DNA of 32,000 nucleotides. It comes from Candidatus Saccharimonadota bacterium (GTDB lineage Archaea; Nanobdellota; Nanobdellia; Pacearchaeales; GW2011-AR1). The translations under genes were made by a program, and so were the position numbers. Location of the stretch: the NCBI GenBank assembly GCA_049511795.1, contig JBEKXS010000001.1:30001-62000 (forward strand), written 5' to 3'. Positions 1 through 5,529 of the stretch are shown here, piece after piece (positions within the stretch are counted from its first letter, which is position 1; each line of letters opens with the position of its first letter). The notes under the pieces are model-generated. The model worked only from the letters and a program-made list of their open reading frames with translations, was not told where the DNA came from and made no database searches.

Positions 1-474
1 AATTGCCCTCAGCCAAATATTGCAATACACGAGCTGCTCCATGCTCTTGGCTTCAACCATTCTGCAAATCCAAACAACGTGATGTATCCTGTAAGTTCAT
101 GCTCTCAAACAATAGGACAGGACATTCCAGACACATTAAACCAGCTTTACACATATCCTAGTCTGCCAGACCTTGCATTTGAAAATATTTCTGCTGTAAT
201 GAACGGCCCCTATCTTAATATGAACTTCACTGTAAAAAATAATGGATTAATTGATGCGCCTGCAGCAACAGTTGATGTTTATGCAGACAATAATCATGTT
301 TACAACATACAATTGAATCCCCTAAGTATAGGGGAAGGGAGACGAATCTTTGTAACTAGCGTTTTTGTTCTTCAGAAAAATGTAAATCAGTTGAAATTTG
401 TTATAAATTCGGATTTTGAAGAATTGGACAAAAGCAACAATGAAGCGACACTAAATTATAATAATAGCAATTAA
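1..474 (+). CDS. C-terminal part of a metzincin-type zinc metalloprotease with CARDB-like tail (5' end outside window)
   Basis: Frame 1 is open from nt 1 and reads ..NIAIHELLHALGFNHSANPNNVMYP. This is the HExxHxxGxxH zinc signature followed by a Met-turn-like MYP. The ORF-track start at 79 is therefore internal. The tail (NFTVKNNG..VDVY..) resembles CARDB/adhesion beta-sandwich domains. Confidence 0.7.
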   Translation, partial: NCPQPNIAIHELLHALGFNHSANPNNVMYPVSSCSQTIGQDIPDTLNQLYTYPSLPDLAFENISAVMNGPYLNMNFTVKNNGLIDAPAATVDVYADNNHVYNIQLNPLSIGEGRRIFVTSVFVLQKNVNQLKFVINSDFEELDKSNNEATLNYNNSN

Positions 475-563
475 AGGGTTTCGTCGAGTTCTAAATCATC
501 TATCTCTTCATCAAATTCTGCTTCTTCATCATCAAATTCTTCAATCTCTTCTTTTTTAGCCAT
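471..563 (-). CDS. 30-aa highly acidic micro-protein (MAKKEEIEEFDDEEAEFDEEIDDLELDETL)
   Basis: ATG at 563-561 and TAA at 473-471. A GAGG lies 8 nt upstream of the ATG and a TATA-like AAATATTTAAAAAG lies further upstream. Too short for the ORF track. Its stop overlaps the stop of the convergent protease gene. Confidence 0.35.
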   Translation of the reverse strand: MAKKEEIEEFDDEEAEFDEEIDDLELDETL

Positions 564-687
564 TTTTTCAGCCTCGTTTCCACCTCAATTTTATTGAAAT
601 CTTAAGAAGGATTTGCTTTTTAAATATTTCTATAGACGGAGATATAGGTTTTTTCCGTCGATAATTTTGGAGAAAATTTAAAAGATA

Positions 688-730
688 AGAAAAATCCCTA
701 CCCCGCATCGATTAAAAGTAATCGATTCTG
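688..730 (-). repeat. Degenerate tRNA-Tyr 3'-exon-like relic (DR3) with 8-bp hairpin
   Basis: Minus strand reads ACAGAATCGATTACTTTTAATCGATGCGGGGTAGGGATTTTTCTTA. It aligns with the tRNA-Tyr intron end, exon 2 and 3' flank (ACAGAACCCGAT..TTCGATTCTGGGTGGGGGGAATTTTTCTTA). The hairpin ATCGATTA/TAATCGAT lies at 707-726. Confidence 0.55.
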
Positions 731-755
731 TAAGAAAAAGTTGGATTCCCTAAAT

Positions 756-1445
756 TTAACTAAAATCAGAAACATCTAGCTCTTCTAATTTCTTACCTTT
801 TGATGCAGTCTGCTCTGCCTTATACTTATATTTTTCCTGTTCTTCTTGGTATATTCTTAATAAAAGAGAAGGAATTAAGTTTAGCATAGCAGGTAAAGAA
901 TCATAACGTCCTTCTTCCCTCCCATTTTTAGACATTAGAAAATCCATAAACTTTGCAGTGAATTCTTCTATAGTTCTTGCCTTTAATTTAGGAACATAAC
1001 TTTGTTTATATTTTTTCCAAGAAAGAAATTTATTAGGAAATTCATAATTCAAAAAAGATATTTCTGTTGGAGAATTTGAGTCTTTTTCAAATTTAAGTTC
1101 TATAGCATATTTTATAAAATTATCAATTCTTAAACTAAAACCTTTTTTTGATTTCTTTTTGCCAATTTCTATTCTAGCACTTTCGCCAGATAAGTCTACG
1201 GGGTAAAAGGAGTGATAATCATCTTTCAAACCTGAAATTTGGTTTCCTAATAAATAAATATTTCCTATAACTTTGGGAAGTTTTTCACGCATTAAATCCA
1301 TGTATCTGTATGATTCTTGTTCAAGATTATCTGCAACTGCTTCAGTCTCTAATTTAGTCCTTTCAACTTCGCCAATTACTCTTTCTACATTTCCTACTTC
1401 AAGAGATTGAAGTGCCTTTAGTCTTCCCTCTAAATTTTCTGTCAT
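756..1445 (-). CDS. Hypothetical protein, 229 aa, coiled-coil-like N-terminus (last gene of 4-gene operon)
   Basis: Long ORF whose start lies 3 nt after the upstream stop. No family recognised. Confidence 0.6.
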   Translation of the reverse strand: MTENLEGRLKALQSLEVGNVERVIGEVERTKLETEAVADNLEQESYRYMDLMREKLPKVIGNIYLLGNQISGLKDDYHSFYPVDLSGESARIEIGKKKSKKGFSLRIDNFIKYAIELKFEKDSNSPTEISFLNYEFPNKFLSWKKYKQSYVPKLKARTIEEFTAKFMDFLMSKNGREEGRYDSLPAMLNLIPSLLLRIYQEEQEKYKYKAEQTASKGKKLEELDVSDFS

Positions 1446-1448
1446 TTT

Positions 1449-1898
1449 TTATTGTGCCCTTCTAGGATAATCAAATGTTCCATTGCCCCTACCTTTTGCG
1501 AACATAGTTTTGTTTCCCCATACAGTATAAACAAGATCTGCTTTTCCATCTCCATCTAGATCCTTAACAGTAAAGTCTCTTATTGCTGCATCTGCGCCAC
1601 TATTATGATCTCTTAAAACTTCTTTTTTTGGTTCAAAGCTTCCATCTCCTTTATTGCAGGCAACATAAAAAACATAATCTACATGATAAGGTCTGTTATC
1701 AAGGTTAGGAAATTCAACTCCTTGTTCATGTTTTCCATTATGCCAGTTATAAAAGTTATCCATTTGTAAAGAAATTATATCTAATTTTCTATTTCCACAA
1801 ACATCAGCATAAACAGCAGGATATTCTCTTGGTTGATGACATGAAACACTAAGTGCAGACAATCCAGCTAATGCCAATGTTTTTAATGTTTTTGTCAT
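1449..1898 (-). CDS. Putative secreted lipoprotein with FG-GAP/VCBS-like repeat
   Basis: N-terminal signal with lipobox-like LSALSVSC. DLDGDGKADLV is a typical FG-GAP/VCBS calcium-binding repeat motif. Confidence 0.6.
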   Translation of the reverse strand: MTKTLKTLALAGLSALSVSCHQPREYPAVYADVCGNRKLDIISLQMDNFYNWHNGKHEQGVEFPNLDNRPYHVDYVFYVACNKGDGSFEPKKEVLRDHNSGADAAIRDFTVKDLDGDGKADLVYTVWGNKTMFAKGRGNGTFDYPRRAQ

Positions 1899-1901
1899 TT
1901 T

Positions 1902-2168
1902 TTATTGTGCGCTTCTTACTTTTGTTAGTATAGCCTTCATATCTTCTCTTTTTCCAGAACAATCAAAAGCAATATCACCTACAAAGACATCAAGTCCGGA
2001 TGAAGCAAAAAGATTAGCAATATGCTGGGCTTCGCTTGGTTGACAGTTATTTCTCCATCTATATCCCTGCATTATTTGTTCAGCATAATGTATATTTGTA
2101 GCAGTTACTAAAGTTGTATAAAAGCTTGGATTGTATTCTTCTAACCTAGCCATTTCTTCGTTTGTCAT
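1902..2168 (-). CDS. Hypothetical protein, 88 aa
   Basis: ORF tightly coupled on both sides through the 17-nt junction repeat. No family recognised. Confidence 0.5.
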   Translation of the reverse strand: MTNEEMARLEEYNPSFYTTLVTATNIHYAEQIMQGYRWRNNCQPSEAQHIANLFASSGLDVFVGDIAFDCSGKREDMKAILTKVRSAQ

Positions 2169-2171
2169 TTT

Positions 2172-2537
2172 TTATTGTGTACCTACTTCTTTTACAACCT
2201 TTTTTTCTAAACCTAAAACTTTGTATCCTACTGGAAGTTGAAATTCTCCTTTAGCTAATTCTTCTCTTGAATAATCTCCAGAACTAAAAGCATCCATTTG
2301 TTTTCCTTCTACAACTTGTTTATGTAAAATTAACTTTGGTTTAGCTCCCCTCACATATTTTATTTCAACGATATGATAAGGAACTTCAACAATTACACTT
2401 TTATCATTTCCGTATAATTGTCCAACAACTACAAGTCTATCTACTGGTGAAAAGAATCCTGTTTCAGGGACAAACCTGATTTCACGAACTAAATATCTTT
2501 CTTCCCATTTCTTTGATACACGAGATGATAATTCCAT
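2172..2537 (-). CDS. Hypothetical protein, 121 aa (starts MEL; motif EVPYHIVEI)
   Basis: A TATA 8-mer TTTATAAA at 2559-2566 lies exactly 21 nt upstream of the ATG. First gene of the 4-gene operon. Confidence 0.55.
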   Translation of the reverse strand: MELSSRVSKKWEERYLVREIRFVPETGFFSPVDRLVVVGQLYGNDKSVIVEVPYHIVEIKYVRGAKPKLILHKQVVEGKQMDAFSSGDYSREELAKGEFQLPVGYKVLGLEKKVVKEVGTQ

Positions 2538-2592
2538 ATTTTTCCAACAAATTCCATATTTATAAATATTGTGATATTGCTGTCACTTCATA

Positions 2593-2640
2593 ATTAAGAA
2601 AATATCCCCCCACCCAGTTTTACCAAAATGGATTCTTTAG
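2593..2640 (-). repeat. Degenerate tRNA-Tyr 3'-exon-like relic (DR2)
   Basis: Segment 2593-2617 (attaagaaaatatccccccacccag) matches 4189-4213 at 23/25. That region covers the last 13 nt of tRNA-Tyr plus 12 nt of 3' flank. Upstream, AAAGAATCCAT resembles the intron end and exon-2 start ACAGAACCCGAT. Confidence 0.65.
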
Positions 2641-2676
2641 GAATTAATAGAGTCCTAAGAGAGTTAAAGAGAAAAC

Positions 2677-2931
2677 TTATTTATAATTTAGCTCATCAAA
2701 TAAGCTACTAGATTTATAACTATATTTATTATCTAAATCGTCATATTTGTTATCTTGATAAAAATACTGTTTTTTTATAATGCTTTCTAAGTCTATTTTT
2801 CTATTCTTTTTTCCTTCACGTAGATAATCTGGAAAGTAATCTATCCTGTTTTCTATTTCTTCTCTGATTCTTCTAGGCCCAACTGAAAAAACACCGCCCT
2901 GCCTTAATAAACTAAAAACCCCTTGTAGCAT
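2677..2931 (-). CDS. Hypothetical protein, 84 aa
   Basis: ORF downstream of the kinase-like gene. The ATG at 2931 is preferred over the TTG at 2937 in the ORF track. A hairpin (TTAGGA/TCCTAA) follows the stop. Confidence 0.4.
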   Translation of the reverse strand: MLQGVFSLLRQGGVFSVGPRRIREEIENRIDYFPDYLREGKKNRKIDLESIIKKQYFYQDNKYDDLDNKYSYKSSSLFDELNYK

Positions 2932-2952
2932 TCCCAAATCAACTTCATTACT

Positions 2953-4128
2953 TTAATTTCTATTACTTGACTCATAACCAGTATTAAAACCATCTATAAA
3001 TCTTTTTCTTGTTTCCTGAACCATTATATGTTCTCTACCCAAAAATGGTTTGCCTTGAATTTGTCTTGGACTAATTGGTCCATGTAAAGCGCTTTCTAAT
3101 ATATTCCTTCTCTCTCTTTCTTGTAAATCTCTTATTTCTGACCTTGAGTAATCTCTTGTATCACAAGAAGCATCAAAATCTACTAAACCGACTTTAACTT
3201 TATCAGAACCATTGTATAAAACAATGTTTCCTATATGTGCATTTGTCTGCTCAAAATTAGAACTCCAAGTCTGAACATTTCTGTCCATTAATCTTTTTAG
3301 TCTTCCTACAACAAAACCAATATCATAATAAAATTTACCCAAAGTTTTGATATATTCTTCTCCTTGTTTTGTAAATTCTCCTATTTCAATTGCACTGTTT
3401 CCTTTACCATCTCTGGTTTTTCTTCCCATGTAAAATTTATGTGTCGCTAATCCATCTAAAATTATCATTAATTCATCTAACCTTGTATCACCCTTTATTT
3501 CTGTTATTGTTGCAGTTGGTCTGACATTTCTTACTAAAACTGGATATTTCCAAAATCCTCTAACAGACATAGCTGGTTCAATCCCAACACTTTGGAGGAC
3601 TTGATTAAATTTGTTTGACATTAATTTTTCAAATTGTGCACTAAATCCTTCTTGCCCACCAACAATTCTAAAATGCCCATCACCCATATCTTGTGCAACA
3701 GGATTTTCTGGATCTACAGAAACTCCTTTAAGTTTATACCATTTTTTAGTTTCTGGATCTTGAACTAAAGCAGAGCGATAACCACTCCACAGACCAGGGA
3801 AAAAACGAGGGGTATATGTATTCATTCCTGGAAATTGAGATACCATTCTTACAATACTGTCTAATTTTTGTTTTATCTCTTTTTGCGGTTTGCTTACCCC
3901 CTGGTATTCTACCTCTTGACCGCCAGATTTAAAATGCTCTTCAATTTCTTTAAAATCTGATTCATCTACAATTAACAAATCATCATTTGGATTTCTTCCA
4001 TTCAAATTTTCAACTTGTCCTTGAGGAACAACCCTAGGAGTTCTTAAAAATTTAGGCAAATCATCTCCTATAACTTTTCCATCTGTTGTTGAAAGAGTAT
4101 TTGGATCTCTTTTAACTAATAATTCCAT
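2953..4128 (-). CDS. Atypical kinase-like protein (APH/choline-kinase-like phosphotransferase fold)
   Basis: TNAHIGNIVL..VGLVDFDAS resembles the catalytic-loop (HGDLHPGN-like) and DFD/DFG metal-binding motifs of the protein-kinase-like superfamily. KWYKLKG may carry the ATP-binding lysine. The TATA 8-mer at 4150-4157 lies 21 nt upstream of the ATG. Confidence 0.55.
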   Translation of the reverse strand: MELLVKRDPNTLSTTDGKVIGDDLPKFLRTPRVVPQGQVENLNGRNPNDDLLIVDESDFKEIEEHFKSGGQEVEYQGVSKPQKEIKQKLDSIVRMVSQFPGMNTYTPRFFPGLWSGYRSALVQDPETKKWYKLKGVSVDPENPVAQDMGDGHFRIVGGQEGFSAQFEKLMSNKFNQVLQSVGIEPAMSVRGFWKYPVLVRNVRPTATITEIKGDTRLDELMIILDGLATHKFYMGRKTRDGKGNSAIEIGEFTKQGEEYIKTLGKFYYDIGFVVGRLKRLMDRNVQTWSSNFEQTNAHIGNIVLYNGSDKVKVGLVDFDASCDTRDYSRSEIRDLQERERRNILESALHGPISPRQIQGKPFLGREHIMVQETRKRFIDGFNTGYESSNRN

Positions 4129-4200
4129 TATTTTTCAGAATAAAGATTATTTATAAACTTTATGGCATTGTAATTACTTTACAGTTACATTAAGAAAAAT

Positions 4201-4351
4201 TCCCCCCACCCAGAATCGAACTGGGGATCTATCGGGTTCTGTTTTGAATCTGAACCATTTCGGCTTTTGGGGTTTCATAGTCTTCCGTATGGAATCTCCA
4301 CCTTAGACATAATCTACAGCCGATCGCTCTAAACCACTGAGCTATGGGGGG
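4201..4351 (-). tRNA. tRNA-Tyr(GUA) with a 77-nt intron at the canonical 37/38 position; no encoded CCA
   Basis: Acceptor CCCCCCA/TGGGGGG with C1:G72 (archaeal Tyr identity pair) and A73. D arm GCTC/GAGC, anticodon stem ATCGG/CCGAT, loop CTGTAG(C), T arm CCCAG-TTCGATT-CTGGG. Exon 1 is 4314-4351, the intron about 4237-4313, exon 2 4201-4236. Confidence 0.85.
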
Positions 4352-4391
4352 CTGAAATTTGTAAACCACTTAGCTTTTTATTTCTTTCTTA

Positions 4392-4436
4392 GATTAAAAA
4401 ATCTTCCACGCCGAAACCGTATTAAAAGTAATACAG
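4392..4436 (-). repeat. tRNA 3'-exon-like relic (X) with 8-bp hairpin abutting the stop codon
   Basis: Minus strand reads CTGTATTACTTTTAATACGGTTTCGGCGTGGAAGATTTTTT. It shares a 12-nt core ATTACTTTTAAT and the block CGG.GT.G..GATTTTT with DR3. The hairpin is at 4417-4436. Confidence 0.5.
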
Positions 4437-4736
4437 TTAAGAGGAATTTGGTTTAATGATTGTGGAAATTTCTTGTAATCTATTTAACAAAGTGATATGA
4501 GAACAATTAAAGACTGTTCCATTTGGATTTGATATTCTGTCTCTCAATTCACTATCAATAGCTTTACCTGTTTTAGATTCCTTTAAGAATATCAGAGCCA
4601 AGCAATCATAATATGTTGAATTGCTTCCCTCCGGTTGGAATTGTGCTATAACATCTGTCCTTTTGTTTCCTGTCAGGTGTTTAAAATTTTGATAAAAAAG
4701 GCATGTTGAATGATGTGGACAGTATTGTGCTGACAT
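4437..4736 (-). CDS. Hypothetical Cys/His-containing protein, 99 aa (MSAQYCPHHSTC..)
   Basis: The ATG at 4736 lies exactly 21 nt downstream of the TTTTAAA box. The ORF-track GTG start at 4781 would lie inside the promoter motif. Confidence 0.5.
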   Translation of the reverse strand: MSAQYCPHHSTCLFYQNFKHLTGNKRTDVIAQFQPEGSNSTYYDCLALIFLKESKTGKAIDSELRDRISNPNGTVFNCSHITLLNRLQEISTIIKPNSS

Positions 4737-4757
4737 TAAAATATCATAAATTAGAAG

Positions 4758-4778
4758 TTTAAAAGAATTATTGTGATT
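4758..4778 (-). promoter_or_regulatory. Conserved promoter module copy A (AATCACAATAATTCTTTTAAA)
   Basis: BRE/TATA-like. The TTTTAAA box lies 21 nt upstream of the ATG at 4736. Near-identical copies occur at 5184-5204, 5509-5529 and 15744-15760. Confidence 0.5.
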
Positions 4779-4814
4779 CACAGTGGGACATGGCGTTTAA
4801 CTCTGAGCTATTGG
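4777..4814 (-). pseudogene. tRNA 5'-exon-like relic A
   Basis: CCAATAGCTCAGAGTTAAACGCCATGTCCCACTGTGAA is 32/42 identical to relic C over 4773-4814. It shares ATAGCTCAG with tRNA-Tyr. The D-stem complement is absent, so it is not a functional tRNA. Confidence 0.5.
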
Positions 4815-4829
4815 AAAAAAAGATGAAAA

Positions 4830-5162
4830 CTACCAGAAATTAATAGTACCTTTAACCCCACCACTTACCAATTTTGATTCTAAACTCTTTTTATCTTTTT
4901 TATCTGTTACTGGATTTACAATAGAAAACATGCGATTAACTTGCCTCACAAGATATCCTGGAACAATTACATAATTTACTAATCTTATACCTCTAGTTTC
5001 ATGTACTTGAACAACTAAAACTTCTTTGCCTTTATATTTAACAGGAATTTCTATAAAATCTCTTGTTACATGAACATTACCAAGATCAACTATTTGACCT
5101 TCAACCCTTCCTGTAACATTTTCTTCTTCTTCAGTATGGTATCTATGAAAATATTTTTTCAT
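4830..5162 (-). CDS. Hypothetical protein, 110 aa
   Basis: ORF with promoter module copy B 21 nt upstream of the ATG. No family recognised. Confidence 0.5.
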   Translation of the reverse strand: MKKYFHRYHTEEEENVTGRVEGQIVDLGNVHVTRDFIEIPVKYKGKEVLVVQVHETRGIRLVNYVIVPGYLVRQVNRMFSIVNPVTDKKDKKSLESKLVSGGVKGTINFW

Positions 5163-5183
5163 TTTCTTATTTAACTTTATTCC

Positions 5184-5204
5184 TTTAAAAGAATTATTGT
5201 GATT
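5184..5204 (-). promoter_or_regulatory. Conserved promoter module copy B
   Basis: AATCACAATAATTCTTTTAAA overlaps the last codons and stop (..SQ*) of the upstream gene. The spacer from 5163 to 5183 is 21 nt to the ATG at 5162. Confidence 0.5.
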
Positions 5205-5487
5205 CTTGATAAACCTCAGAATTAGCCCTTTTTATTGCATTCCTTATATCAGAAAATGTTGCTTTTCTATCCATCAAATGAGAATAAGGACCATTCAATG
5301 GAAAACCTAACCTTTTTCGGGGATTCAACCAGTGAATGAAATCTCCATCAATTACAAGAGTAAGGTCTCTGTTATCTGCTAATCTTAGATCTTTGACAAT
5401 ATATACATCTCCATCATTAGAGATGAAGGCTCTGTTTAATGCTCTTCCTTTTAGCAGGTAATCTTTTAGATTTTCTAATTTCTCCAT
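5194..5487 (-). CDS. Hypothetical protein, 97 aa
   Basis: ORF with promoter module copy C 21 nt upstream of the ATG at 5487. Confidence 0.5.
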   Translation of the reverse strand: MEKLENLKDYLLKGRALNRAFISNDGDVYIVKDLRLADNRDLTLVIDGDFIHWLNPRKRLGFPLNGPYSHLMDRKATFSDIRNAIKRANSEVYQESQ

Positions 5488-5508
5488 AAAATATGGATTT
5501 TCTCATAG

Positions 5509-5529
5509 TTTTTAAGAATTATTGTGATT
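5509..5529 (-). promoter_or_regulatory. Conserved promoter module copy C (AATCACAATAATTCTTAAAAA)
   Basis: It follows relic C directly. The spacer from 5488 to 5508 is 21 nt to the ATG. Confidence 0.5.

Noticed and set aside
1440-5529. Repeated CACAATAA-containing motifs as a CRISPR-like or tandem repeat array.
   Set aside because: Spacing is irregular (hundreds of nt, following gene lengths). The repeats sit at gene boundaries or promoters, and the intervening sequence is coding.
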